Part shown: positions 32,295 to 43,947 of the stretch, one piece after another
Numbering within the stretch: the first letter of the stretch is position 1
Layout: each line of letters begins with the position of its first letter
NCBI GenBank assembly: GCA_946965045.2
Contig: OX337234.1
Span: 992,001-1,056,000 of the forward strand
Origin: Epithemia pelagica
Lineage: Eukaryota > Protista > Bacillariophyta
Direction: 5' to 3'
Length of the DNA: 64,000 nt
Position numbers and translations under genes: made by a program
Notes under the pieces: generated by a model
Told to the model about the DNA's origin: nothing
Seen by the model: only the letters and a program-made list of their open reading frames with translations
Databases searched by the model: none

Positions 32295-34091
32295 ATGTCG
32301 AGAATTCATCGGGCCCCATTTTTACCCATCGAAGATCTTCTCTTTGCGTTCCATCGTTTCGCCAACTCCCCACAAATAGATTTTGTGTCGGGTCATTGCT
32401 GCAGCAGCACCATGATTGCACGAATTGGTCGTTCTTTGGCTACTACTGTTTCGGGACGACATTTACAGCAACAGGCAGCTCGATCCTTCTCTTTTGGTCC
32501 ACTAGTAGTAGTTGTTCCAGGTTTGCTCCCGTCTTCCTCACCGACTGCTACGATCCACCAGAACCACCGGGTGGTTCCAGCACCACCACTTAGTATCACC
32601 GCGACTCGCAGTTACTCCTCCACCCACAAAACCATGCAGCAAGACGATCCCTGGTTGGCCTTACCGGCTCGTGCAGAATCGGATGCCATGGGATCCTTGG
32701 ATATTCCACAAGGTGTCTTGTACGGTGCTCAAACCCAACGGTCCTTGCACAATTTTGCCATTGGAGGAACCGAATCGCGCATGCCATTGGCCGTCGTCAA
32801 GGCCATGGCAACCGTCAAAAAATGTTGTGCCCAGTATCATTTGAAACATGGACTCTTACCGGCCGATATTTGTGAGGCCATTGTGCAAGCCGCTGATGAA
32901 GTGGTGAAGGAACAAGGTCCCTACTTTGATACAACGGAAAAGTTGCGCACCCAATTTCCTCTTTCCACCTTTCAAACAGGCAGTGGCACACAAACCAATA
33001 TGAATGTGAATGAAGTCTTGGCCAATCGTGCCATTCAAATTTTGAAACGGGGCAAGGTTGGAACCAAAGACCCGGTCCATCCCAATGATCACATCAACAA
33101 GGGACAGAGTAGCAACGATTCCTTCCCCACGGCCATGCACATTGCGGCCGCACAAACAATCATGAGCGTCACATTGCCTGGCTTGAAAGAATTGCAAGAA
33201 TCGCTCCAACGAAAAGTGCTGGAATTCGAGTCGGTGGTCAAAATTGGTCGTACGCATTGTCAAGATGCGACACCCTTGACCTTGGGACAAGAATTTAGCG
33301 GTTATTTGCAACAAGTCGAATTTAGTATAGCTCGCATGGAACGCAGTCTTCCAGCCGTCTATCGGTTGGCCTTGGGTGGCACCGCTGTGGGAACGGGTTT
33401 GAATACTACACAAGGCTATGACGACGAAATTGCTCAATTGATTGCCCAAGAAACCCGATTGCCCTTTACTTCGGCACCCAACAAATTTGAAGCCTTGGCC
33501 GCTCATGATTCTCTCGTGGAAGTTTCGGGTGCCTTGAATACAACCGCATCGAGTTTGTTCAAAATTGCCAATGACATTCGTCTCTTGGGCAGTGGTCCTC
33601 GATGTGGATTGGGAGAGTTGTCCTTGCCCGCTAATGAACCGGGGAGTAGTATCATGCCGGGCAAGGTGAATCCGACCCAATGCGAAGCCTTGACCATGGT
33701 CTGCACCCAAGTGGTGGGAAATCACATGGCCGTTACCATGGGAGGAACACAGGGACAAATGGAACTCAATGTCTTTAAACCCGTCATGATTGCCAATGTC
33801 TTGCACAGCTCTGTCTTGATTGGACAAGCGGCACAATCCTTTGCCGACAATTGCATTGAGGGATTGACGGCCAATCATGACCGAATCCATGACTTGTTGC
33901 ATGGATCCCTCATGTTGGTGACGGCCCTCAATCCTCATATTGGCTACGACAAGGCGAGTGAAATTGCCAAATTGGCTCACAAGGAGGGATTGACCTTGAA
34001 GGAAGCCGCCATCAAAAGCAAGCATGTCACGAGCGAGCAATTTGATGCCTGGATTGTTCCCGAAAATATGGTGGCACCGACCAAGAAGTAA
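32295..34091 (+). CDS. fumC: Class II fumarate hydratase with N-terminal targeting extension (likely start 32412)
   Basis: [21 protein letters not shown] and signature [15 protein letters not shown]. Confidence 0.97.
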   Translation: MSRIHRAPFLPIEDLLFAFHRFANSPQIDFVSGHCCSSTMIARIGRSLATTVSGRHLQQQAARSFSFGPLVVVVPGLLPSSSPTATIHQNHRVVPAPPLSITATRSYSSTHKTMQQDDPWLALPARAESDAMGSLDIPQGVLYGAQTQRSLHNFAIGGTESRMPLAVVKAMATVKKCCAQYHLKHGLLPADICEAIVQAADEVVKEQGPYFDTTEKLRTQFPLSTFQTGSGTQTNMNVNEVLANRAIQILKRGKVGTKDPVHPNDHINKGQSSNDSFPTAMHIAAAQTIMSVTLPGLKELQESLQRKVLEFESVVKIGRTHCQDATPLTLGQEFSGYLQQVEFSIARMERSLPAVYRLALGGTAVGTGLNTTQGYDDEIAQLIAQETRLPFTSAPNKFEALAAHDSLVEVSGALNTTASSLFKIANDIRLLGSGPRCGLGELSLPANEPGSSIMPGKVNPTQCEALTMVCTQVVGNHMAVTMGGTQGQMELNVFKPVMIANVLHSSVLIGQAAQSFADNCIEGLTANHDRIHDLLHGSLMLVTALNPHIGYDKASEIAKLAHKEGLTLKEAAIKSKHVTSEQFDAWIVPENMVAPTKK

Positions 34092-34276
34092 TCTCATTAA
34101 TGTTCAAGAAGGAAATGTACCTCGTTATTGTGTTGTTTCAAACGTAGAAGCTTAGCTCTATACAAGACTTTCAAAACTATCGAAGTATTACTAATTAGTA
34201 TGATTCATTCCAAAGAAAAGTTTCATGTTGTTGTTCGGTCACATGCTGGTTAACGAGATTTCTTCGTCCTTGGTCA

Positions 34277-35866
34277 TCAAGTAAGGCTTCCAGGTCCAAG
34301 CCTCCTGCCAACCCATAATTCTCTACATTCTGCAATGGTTCGCACATAGAAATAAAAGTCTGTGTTCAGGGATCTTGAATGACAGATGGAATCCAGGCGA
34401 TGCAACATATGAGGGACCAGCGATCGTAACGGCACGTCCAGTGCGGGTTGAGTTTTATCTGCGTTCCTCGTTTTTTGATGAGAGACGAGCAAAGCCGTCG
34501 TATCGGAGGCTGTACTGTCCCCGTTTTGGAGAGGTCGTTGCTGTATCCACTGATTGAAGGTACGGTGCTCTGCACTCAGGTAGAGTTGCAATCGTCGGTC
34601 CATGATTGGAATCAAAGGATCCAGAATAAGACCAGACGGTGGCTTGTGATAAAAGCTAAAAACAAACTCTCTCAATTTTGTATTTGTTTGGAGAGACACG
34701 AGCAATGGCTGAACCAGTGATATGTGGGTTTTTTCCTCATCACGCTGGCGACGTTCCGGATCAAACTCTTCGAACATTGCAATTGTTTCCGGAGAAGGGT
34801 GCAGGAGCTCCTCCAGTGATACGTCAGGCCTTTGTACATCGCGAAACGGGCTTGCCAGATGTAGCTCCTGAATGTGCAGACCCGTGACCAATGGTGCAAG
34901 TACGGTCTTGATTCCATCCTTGGTAAACGAGTTGTAATCCAGTTTCAAAACCTGAAGAGAGCGGTTCCTTTGCAACGCCGTCAAAAGAACGTTCATAGCA
35001 CTATCGTCGAGATCACATTTGTTCAGGTCAAGTGTGGTGAGTGTTTCGTTTGTCTGAAGGGCGTTGGCAAGGCGTGAGTAGACGACTGGATCGGCCAGTT
35101 GCTTGTTGTTCGAGAGATCTAACTCCACCACCCCACTATTGTGATCAAGACCTTCTGCGACGCCCAGCAAGGCGTTCGCATCCAAGGCAAGGCTGGCAAA
35201 ACGCAGAGATGGAATATCTACAAAAATTTTGTAAAGAGACTCCCTGACTCCATCTCCTTCAGTCCCATTTTCTTGCAAGTAATCGCCACGTCGCAGTATT
35301 AGCGCTTGAAGACTGTGCTTGATACATGGGGCTGTTGATAGGACGCGCAGGAGCTCGGGGGAGATATCTCTATCCCCGTGTTCTTGTTGAATACCGAATG
35401 ACTTGAGTCGAAACTTTCCCTCAGAAATGATTCGAAGGAATTCATCCCATCCGTTTCCGCCAAAATGAGGGTATTCTAAATGAATTGCCGTCAAGACTGT
35501 GTTGTGTTCCAATGAGCGTCGGAGCTCGGTCATTTCCTGTTCGGGTGCATCGAGAAAATCTATTCGCAGTACTGAGTACAAGGGATCGTTTTCTCTCAAG
35601 TTTGTCAGGAAGCCCGTGGTGAACGCCACCTGTCTAGCATCCAAACCCGGGTAGGATTTCGCCCAATCGTATTCATCAACGACGTGATCGTCAAAGACGG
35701 ATTCCTCAAGGTCATCATCGCTACAACCGGATTGATCAAGGTAGTCATCATCGTGACCGCTTGCTAGGTCTGACATTTCCATGAACCTTTTTAATGTAAA
35801 CAAGGATACCAGTAGAGAGAGAACAGAAGTCATGAGTGAGGTGCATGATGAAAAGATCGTCGACAA
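34277..35866 (-). CDS. RNI-like leucine-rich-repeat protein (first ATG at 35833)
   Basis: VVELDLSNN, NETLTTLDLNKCDL and NRSLQVLKLDYNSF repeats. Confidence 0.8.
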   Translation of the reverse strand: MSTIFSSCTSLMTSVLSLLVSLFTLKRFMEMSDLASGHDDDYLDQSGCSDDDLEESVFDDHVVDEYDWAKSYPGLDARQVAFTTGFLTNLRENDPLYSVLRIDFLDAPEQEMTELRRSLEHNTVLTAIHLEYPHFGGNGWDEFLRIISEGKFRLKSFGIQQEHGDRDISPELLRVLSTAPCIKHSLQALILRRGDYLQENGTEGDGVRESLYKIFVDIPSLRFASLALDANALLGVAEGLDHNSGVVELDLSNNKQLADPVVYSRLANALQTNETLTTLDLNKCDLDDSAMNVLLTALQRNRSLQVLKLDYNSFTKDGIKTVLAPLVTGLHIQELHLASPFRDVQRPDVSLEELLHPSPETIAMFEEFDPERRQRDEEKTHISLVQPLLVSLQTNTKLREFVFSFYHKPPSGLILDPLIPIMDRRLQLYLSAEHRTFNQWIQQRPLQNGDSTASDTTALLVSHQKTRNADKTQPALDVPLRSLVPHMLHRLDSICHSRSLNTDFYFYVRTIAECRELWVGRRLGPGSLT

Positions 35867-36594
35867 GGATGTCAGTTTGACGTTCTGACCAGGGTGTGGA
35901 AGTTGGAAAATCAGCCATTAGACTTAACTTCCCAACTAATAATTCATTAGACAGTCTACTGTGATGCGACTTGTACCCACTAGTTAATGCAAGATGTATG
36001 ATTAACTTAACTTAAACTAATCAAATCACAAAACCACGATACAGAATGAACTTGCAACTAATAGTCTAACACGACTAAGGTACTAACTTGACTAGATTAA
36101 ATATGGTTCCAATGAAGAACCTGCAACTTAACTTAGACTAACTTTGAAAGTCGTAGTTTCTTTTCTGAGTCTGCAACTAGACTAAACAAGTCCAAGTTGC
36201 AACTTTGCCCCTTGTAATTAAACTTCATCCCTCTGTCACCTCCATAGTTACAACTATTAGTTGCAACTTCTTTGTTGTCGTAGTCACAAACAACAACTTT
36301 TATTCAGAGGAACCATTCACTCTTATCTGTTTCTACGTATTTATTCACACTCTTCCTGCACATATTTACCAATATCACTCCCAGAGGAGTAGAACGTTCA
36401 CGACTCACGACAGAGGTTCAACCAACACTCACAACTCTCAACCTCTCAACATTCACCAATCCACTGTCACCTGTCACCTTTACCTCTGTTCCTTTCCATC
36501 AACGACACAACCTTCAGTTTTCCTGCCCTTCTCATTTCTCATTGACACTATTATTTCCCCATCCTCAACCCCATGCATCTTATATTCAAGTACA

Positions 36595-37056
36595 ATGGAA
36601 GCATCAGATGACCGTACAATCAACCTCGATGTGACTTGTCACCAAGTCATCACTGTGACCCATATTCCAATGTCGTTCATGACCATGATGCTAGAGGACT
36701 CAACTTTGTTAACCACTCCCTTGGAAAAGGCGACACAAGACTTGGCAATGGAGAACATAAAAGATGTGGTGTTGCTGTGGCTTACCCGGTACAATGGAAG
36801 TCTGCACTACCAACAAGTCGACTATCCATCCAACACAAGCCACCCTTGTTTATCTCCCAGTCGCATGTCATTCGAAAGCTTACTGAACACTGTCTGTCGA
36901 ATAGTGTTTACGGGTCTGTATTCCCAAGAAGATGACTCATTCCAAGTCACATACGAGATGAACCCCCCCACCGACGACCTCCCCTTCATCTCCATTGAAG
37001 GAAAATGCCGACCAATATTTTCTTTGCCTTCCTCCAATGGTCTCAGAGCTTTTTAA
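36595..37056 (+). CDS. Unknown 153-aa ORF, possibly the N-terminal part of the glycosylase gene
   Basis: ATG at 36595; overlaps the next ORF, which is in the +1 frame, and ends in a T5A6 run. Confidence 0.4.
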   Translation: MEASDDRTINLDVTCHQVITVTHIPMSFMTMMLEDSTLLTTPLEKATQDLAMENIKDVVLLWLTRYNGSLHYQQVDYPSNTSHPCLSPSRMSFESLLNTVCRIVFTGLYSQEDDSFQVTYEMNPPTDDLPFISIEGKCRPIFSLPSSNGLRAF

Positions 37057-38437
37057 AAAATTCAATGCCGATTACCATCAGCAAAACAACTACACTAAAC
37101 TTTCCGTGGAATGGAATCTTCTAACCTGGATGACCCGACACAATGCCAGAATCCAGGTTAGAAATTCCTTTGACCTACGGACAGAGTGTCCTATTTGTAT
37201 TAGTCCAAGCATCGACATCGTTGTTGAGGACATTGTTGCGCATACTAAGAAGAGCACGAAGGAGGATGACCGTTACTCAATGAAACTGGATACAACAACG
37301 TCCCCTCCTCCTATTGATACAAGTCCTCCATCAACTCCAGTTGCCAAAGCTTCTCAATCTACCATGGGCCCAAATAGCAACAACGCTTCTACTTCTGTCA
37401 CCCATGAATATTGGGCTTCTTCTCCTGTCATTGATGAATATTGGACCAAGCGACAATTTTCCCCCACTGCCCATGTCTTGACTCGGCAAAGAAAAACTGT
37501 TCTCTGCCATGCTTTATTGCAATCATGTGCCGCCAAGGAACAGATAGTCTATGGCGACAGACACATGCCTGGGACACCTGCAATTACCAAACCTGTCATG
37601 ACCAGAATGTTTCGCCCTTCCATCCCCATTAGAAACCAATCCACAATTGATTCCCGGCTGTTTTTACTTGATAATCTTTCCCATTTACGTCGGTATTTCC
37701 TTCAGTCTGGTTTGGAAGCTCCCAGAGACACATGGTCCGAATGGATTACCAACAATATGTCGGAATATGAAGACTCTGACCCAGCCTTCATGTGTCTCAT
37801 TGTTATCTTGATGAGCTCGGCCACATCAGATCAAAGTCTCTCTCAAGTGATCCCTCGCTTATTCCAATCGGGCATCACTAGTGCACAAGGAACAATTGAA
37901 GTGTCTACATATTTTGGGATGGATGTTTTCTGTAGTTTGTTTGCAGAAACAGGACGGTATCGTGTCAATGCGGAACGCATAGTCAACGCCGCGGACTATT
38001 TCGTCCAGCGACACAAAGGTCGCATTCCTAAAGACATTTCCCTTACTGAGCTTATGACCTTACCTGGAATTGGCCACAAGACGGGAACAATCATTCTACA
38101 AACGGCATTTGGCCGGACGGAAGGAATTCCCTCAGACATTCATGTCATCCGATCAACTAAGGTTCTCAATTGGACGGAGTCTCATATCAATGACGGCATG
38201 GAATGCTCTTTGAACCTTCAATCATGGCTTCCTAAAGAACGATGGGAGGAAATCAATCCTTTATTTGGTTCTCTAGGACAACTACTTAACAAATCACAGA
38301 CCAGAAGCAAGTGCCAAGAACAAATGGAGTCTTTTATTGTGGCTCACTCTCATGACAAATCCGAATCTAAATCTCCAGCGAATCTTCGCCATCTCAAGTA
38401 TTTCTTTCTGCAGTTGATAAAAGAATATACTAAATGA
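36995..38437 (+). CDS. Endonuclease III/NTH1-like HhH-GPD DNA glycosylase/AP lyase lacking the 4Fe-4S motif
   Basis: EAPRDT, FMCLIVILMSSATSD, HhH motif LPGIGHKTG (catalytic Lys), GIPSDIHVIR (catalytic Asp) and LQSWLPKERWEEINPLFGSLGQ. Confidence 0.88.
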   Translation: MKENADQYFLCLPPMVSELFKKFNADYHQQNNYTKLSVEWNLLTWMTRHNARIQVRNSFDLRTECPICISPSIDIVVEDIVAHTKKSTKEDDRYSMKLDTTTSPPPIDTSPPSTPVAKASQSTMGPNSNNASTSVTHEYWASSPVIDEYWTKRQFSPTAHVLTRQRKTVLCHALLQSCAAKEQIVYGDRHMPGTPAITKPVMTRMFRPSIPIRNQSTIDSRLFLLDNLSHLRRYFLQSGLEAPRDTWSEWITNNMSEYEDSDPAFMCLIVILMSSATSDQSLSQVIPRLFQSGITSAQGTIEVSTYFGMDVFCSLFAETGRYRVNAERIVNAADYFVQRHKGRIPKDISLTELMTLPGIGHKTGTIILQTAFGRTEGIPSDIHVIRSTKVLNWTESHINDGMECSLNLQSWLPKERWEEINPLFGSLGQLLNKSQTRSKCQEQMESFIVAHSHDKSESKSPANLRHLKYFFLQLIKEYTK

Positions 38438-38539
38438 CTGTCAATATATTATATTTACCAAAATGCACTGCGATTATGGATGTATAGTTTCCGTGACGTT
38501 TCTTCCATTGTCACCTTCAGTGACGTTCGTGGTCAGAGA

Positions 38540-41500
38540 TCAACTGGTACCGTCATTGTCCGCACTTGAGACCTCCTTCTCTGCAAGTCTTGAGCTTCTT
38601 CTCGTTGGCGAGTCGTTTGGGGTTGGGGGTGGTTTGCGATTGTCTTTCTTGCGTGGTGTTCTAACCACAGTTCTTGCAAGTGCCTCAGAGAGTGAATTCT
38701 GCTTCGTCCGTTTCCTTCCTTTTTGAATAGTTGAAGAGGCTTTACGTTTCCCACTATCTCCTTTCGTGCCTTCATTGGCATTTGCAACGGGCAGACTAGC
38801 AACAGTCTTCTCCAACGCGGTTTGTTGAATGAGTTCATTCTTTCTTTCCTGGATGGCTTCTTTTAACGCCGTGACGGAATCTTCCTTGTCTTCGTCATCG
38901 TCATAAGGAGCAACAACTTTTCGATCCAAAGCCTCTAGTTGGTCTTCATCTCGTGGATCGTCTACCAGATCAACCAATTCGACGTCGTCCCATGTCGCAT
39001 CGCTCACAACTGTCTTCTTATCAACCTTTTTGACCGACTTGAACTTGTAACTTGTTTCCGCATCTATGCCGTGGGCACCAATAGTTCCGGACAGTTCGTA
39101 GAGTTCCAGCTTCGACGTTGCTCGTAGTACCGTTTCCATCCGAGTCATATCGGATTGTGTCGGTGTGGCTTTTTCCAGTGGGACAACAGGAACTTGTGTT
39201 CCTGCTGCCGGGGTGCGTTGTTGTGCGGTCTGTTGTACCTGACTGACTTCTTCCCCTTTACATTCCTGGCTGAGATCTATCACCTTCTTTGCTTGGCGGC
39301 CACTGGCTGCCTTTTTTTCGTCGGAGGTCGCGCCTTGTTTGAGTAGCTTTTCATTCTTGACAATCTCAGAGCGCACCTCCCTTGTAATACTTTCCATAGT
39401 GCGCATTTCAAAGTTCTTGTCTAGTTGGCGTCTCATTAAGGGATTCCTATCCATGAACGACGACCGAGAGAACACGCGTTCCTGGAATGCGTTTGTTGCA
39501 GGTTTCGATATCCAAATCAAGGCACTAGGAAAGAGTTTGGGGAATAGCATCTTGTTGTCGGACCACCATTTCAAGACGTCAAAATATTTCCCAACGACAT
39601 GGAAATAGTGTTCCGTACAGGCCAACTTGAATTCTTGTTGTTTTTCAGGGTTCCACGAACCAGATAGTTTCAGAAATGCGGCAGTGGGATACTGGCGAAT
39701 CAAATCCTCCCAGGATCCATGGACAACGTTCTCGCAAAATTCGAGATAGCGTCCGAACTGTTCATCACACATCTTGTATAGCTTGGCTCTATCAACTTGG
39801 TCATCTGTACTGGTACTTGTCGCGGTCGCCTCCATAAGTGCAGCATTTTCTTTCTCCTTGGTGATGCAATGTGTCTTGAAGATGTTAAAGCAGTCCATTA
39901 CATTCGAGACAGCTTTTGGGACTGAAGACTCTTCCTCTTCGTCCTCGATGATCTCCACAGGTGTACTTTCCTTTTGTTGTTCACGTTCCTGCTGATTCGA
40001 CTTGGATTGGGGATTGGTGCCATTCTTCTTTGGCTGCGAGAACTTGCGGACAATGTCCATCACAAATTCTTTCTGAATCCGTTTAAGACTCTCATCGTCG
40101 TAAACCTTTATGGTTTTCAGTATGTTGGGACCATAAGATGCAAGGAAAGGATGTCCACACATGGCGTGTTCAGCGTGGGAGTCATGGCCTTCCTCAATGT
40201 AGTTTGTATATTCCACAAGTACTCGCTCGATCAACAATTGACTCTTTTCTGACAATTTGTCGTATGTTACAATGTCTCGATACGATTGAAGCTTGGCGAT
40301 GGTGAGACTGGCATCCCATGGGCGTGCATTAGGCCCAGTAACAGTCAACACGGGCACTCCCTTATCTTTCATAACTTCCACACAATGCTTACTGGTGAAG
40401 ATTTCCAGCAATGAACAAGCCGATGCAGAAGGGTCGTCAACTTGGAGTGACATGGAGACTTGTTTGAGTGGGGCCAAGATTCCCTCGAATTTGGCCAAGA
40501 GCTGCCAGTCCTCTTCAGAGGGATAATGTTTAATGAATTCGTCGTCCTTGTACTCAAATTTCTCTTTTGCATACATATCCGTTACAAATTTGTTCCGGAA
40601 TAGGTCATGAAAGGTAATGATGCAGCCTCCAACACGGGTTGTATTCGGCATAGAGACTTTGATGACCTTCCTCCCATGTTTTAGGGCGTAGGAACGTAGC
40701 TTTTCAAATCTTTTGGCACGCGAACTCATCATCCATGCTGCAAATTTGAAGAATTTTCTATAAACAGTCATGAATTCCTCGTTACTGTCCACCACTTCGC
40801 CTTTTTTTTTCCGGACTGCCAGACCTGTGGAGTGTTTCAAGATCAGTTCGGCCCTGTGCATGTCGCACTTGCCGCCTGTCTTATTACCCACTATATACTT
40901 TCCAGCCAACACGGCGGAGTTCGTGTTGTCATTCACGGAGGCAGAGAGGTCTTGTTGCGTAAAGCCGACAGCGTTGAGGATTGATGAGGTGTGGTCGGCT
41001 ACTTGTTTTGCTGTATGACCCTTTGTTGAGCAAAGGCCAATCGGGAGTCTGTAAGATTTACAGTTCCGAGGATCGGTGAACATCAAACAAACCCCAAGGA
41101 CATCCTTGTCATTTCCCTGCCAGATGTCGTGTGTTATCGTAGAAAAGGCGATGGGTTTGTTGCATAGATCATGGTACGCTTGTCGTACGTTTTCTCCAAG
41201 TTCCGTAACGGTCTTGAGAAAATCATTGTAGGACTCCAATCTCATCCGAGTGATTGCTTTGTTGCTTATGGAACAGTCCTTTTCCTTGAGCTTTGGGGCG
41301 TTGGCAATTGCACACTTAAGAAGATCTCTAAACGATTCCTTCTCAACAGTTGATGCCGGGAAACCACAGTCATTCACGAACTTATAAATTGACTGATGAA
41401 ACATTACTCTGGCATCTTGTTTGCTAACCATTGTGCCAGAATACATGGAAATGGGTTGTTGAGTAGGGTCGGTTGCAACAGAGGCAGTATCTTCCACGAC

Positions 41501-42205
41501 TTCGGGGTGGTATTTACCAAAGTGTGTGCTGATGTTGGACGAAAGGCCTCTGCCAAGACCAAGGAGACATTTGTCGAGACTAACAGTCGGGTCGTCGAAG
41601 CAATGTGGACAAACAACAAGCTTCTTTACAATGGAATGATAGCCATCGTTCATTTCTTTGTCTTCATCAGAAGCTGACTCTAACAATTGCAGACACGAAA
41701 ATAAACCTGGCATTTTCCCCAAATTGACAGCGGGGTTTGATTTTAAGGTCTTCTTCGTGCTGGTCAATTTCTTGAAGTTCAGGTAACGAACTTTTCCAAA
41801 GAACGAATTTTGGAAATTTCGAAAGAGCTTCTTCGGAGGTGGACAAAACGAGACATGTGATTTCTCTTGTTTGATTTCATCCTTTCAGCTTTGTGTCAAG
41901 GGTCCCTCGTCCGTAGGAGCAGGAGCAGCAACTTGTTGAGAGTTGTCTTCATTGTTGGCTGTTGTAGGAGGCGCCTGGTTTTCATTTTCTCTTTCATTGG
42001 TTGTTGTCGGTGGGTTCGTGGGTTCTTCATTGTTGTCGTCACCTCCAGTTGCTGACGATAGTCGAGCTTCTTTGGAGGATTGAGATGACTGCTGTTGATT
42101 CTTTCTTTGGGGAGCCATGGCATACACGAATGTCGCTGATGAAAGACTGGAAACAGCAGGGGAGTTCAAATCTACTTCAATGTCCTCGATTGGCAACAAA
42201 GACAT
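38540..42205 (-). CDS. hAT transposase; 1075-aa open part (38540-41767) preceded by an in-frame N-terminal segment separated by one TGA (41885-41887)
   Basis: BED-like finger (VVCPHC...STHFGKYH), THDIW (D), VNDNTNSA (D), CDMH, NTTR, and C-terminal PATNAFQERVFS (E). Confidence 0.9.
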
Positions 42206-42748
42206 GTGCTTTCAACCAGAGATTGGTTGTTTGATTCCGACAGTGTCAACTGGAAAAATCACACCTCATTCGTGTGCTGTAACGCTGCAACAAGCCACAG
42301 CAGAGGTGAAGAGATTGTGTGTTGGGTTCAGTGTTAAGAGGTAAGAAAGAGGTAAGGGGGCGCCTGGTTTTCATTTTCTCTTTCATTGGTTGTTGTCGGT
42401 GGGTTCGTGGGTTCTTCATTGTTGTCGTCACCTCCAGTTGCTGACGATAGTCGAGCTTCTTTGGAGGATTGAGATGACTGCTGTTGATTCTTTCTTTGGG
42501 GAGCCATGGCATACACGAATGTCGCTGATGAAAGACTGGAAACAGCAGGGGAGTTCAAATCTACTTCAATGTCCTCGATTGGCAACAAAGACATGTGCTT
42601 TCAACCAGAGATTGGTTGTTTGATTCCGACAGTGTCAACTGGAAAAATCACACCTCATTCGTGTGCTGTAACGCTGCAACAAGCCACAGCAGAGGTGAAG
42701 AGATTGTGTGTTGGGTTCAGTGTTAAGAGGTAAGAAAGAGGTAAGGGG
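41970..42748. repeat. Perfect 389-bp tandem duplication at the transposase 5' end
   Basis: 41970-42359 repeats as 42359-42748. Confidence 0.92.
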
Positions 42749-43947
42749 CCAGTACCGATTATATCTTGTTGACTGTGTTTGTTACTGTAGGATAGTGCCA
42801 AGTGACCAAGTGTCAAGTGTCAACAGTCGACACTGACACTAGTTGCAATGAAGTAAAATTACAACTTGATTTGGAGAATTTAGTTCTAATCTTGAGACTT
42901 GCAATTAGACTTCAGACTTCGAGTCACTAAGTGGAGACATGTAACTTGATTGAACTATGTGAGAAAATTGCAACTTGGATAATTACATTGGTGTGTGCCA
43001 ATGTTCCGGTAATAAGAGCTTGTAAATAACTAAGTTGGATGGGTCCAAGTCAAGTTCGATGAAAAATGTGAGCGATTTGACTTTGTGCAAAAAGTTCGTT
43101 TGGGAAAGGCTAGTAATATGATTTGATTTGTGAAATTATGGTGAAAAAGTTCAAAGTTGCAGAACTTAGAAAATTTTTCGCTAGTGACTTCCACACCCTG
43201 GTTCTGACCAAATGCGCCCGAAAGAGACGACGAAACGACGAAACACGACAGATAGAAAAGGTAAAGCCGATCCATGTTCGGCTAGGTAGGCTCAGTACAT
43301 TAAGCTACGTAGTACTATTTTCATCACTGTAACAAGTGGGGCGAATGGTCACAAATCGAAAACTTGCGGCCACGAGAAACAATGCCATCACTCGACAATG
43401 GTCGAAGAAATCACCCCCATGGCAATAACTTCATGGATAATTGAGCCTAACTGAATCACTTTTAGAATAATACTCTTGAATACTAGAGCAACTATGGGTT
43501 CAATTTGATTCAGTCACCGTTGAGAAATGAATGAGTTAGGAAGGTTTTTGGATTACATCACCACAGAAAAATGAGTATACCTTTTGATCCAACGCGACAA
43601 ATCTTCTGTAGCTGCAGAACACAGTAATACTAGCAAACTCAAACAACTTACAGTAGTAGGATGTTGATGCGATGCATCGGTAAATGCATGCGGCATCAAC
43701 GGATCTCGCCGTCATCGTGGAGTGTTTTTGCATTTTTTCGGACTTCCCACCATTTCAGGTATGACGTGTACTATGGGATTTTATGTACGCTACGTAGCTT
43801 TTGTACTGAACCTACTTAGCCGAACATGGATCGGCTTACCCGCCAGCCCTTTTAGCTCTGGATGCCGCACGTGCCGGCTCAGGGTCACGCCGACCGACGC
43901 GCCTGGCATGTGTAAGTCAAGGTTACGAAGAAAACACAGCCTCCATC

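Larger units (their letters stand above)
35890..43200 (-). mobile_element. Complete 7.3-kb hAT DNA transposon carrying a DNA glycosylase gene
   Basis: Perfect 14-bp TIR CAGGGTGTGGAAGT (35890-35903 and 43187-43200), perfect 8-bp TSD GTTCTGAC (35882-35889 and 43201-43208), subterminal TGCAACT/AACTT motifs at both ends. Confidence 0.95.

Noticed and set aside
32856-34097. 413-aa antisense ORF over fumarase
   Set aside because: Shadow ORF on the strand opposite a conserved gene; no independent motifs.
36205-36594. N-terminal 130 codons of the 283-aa tracked ORF
   Set aside because: Starts at TTG in low-complexity subterminal or UTR-like sequence; ATG 36595 is more plausible.
36995-38437. Cargo as a true DEMETER/ROS1 demethylase
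   Set aside because: Lacks the Fe-S cluster, split domain and C-terminal RRM-fold region; motifs are NTH1-like. 5mC activity remains only a hypothesis.
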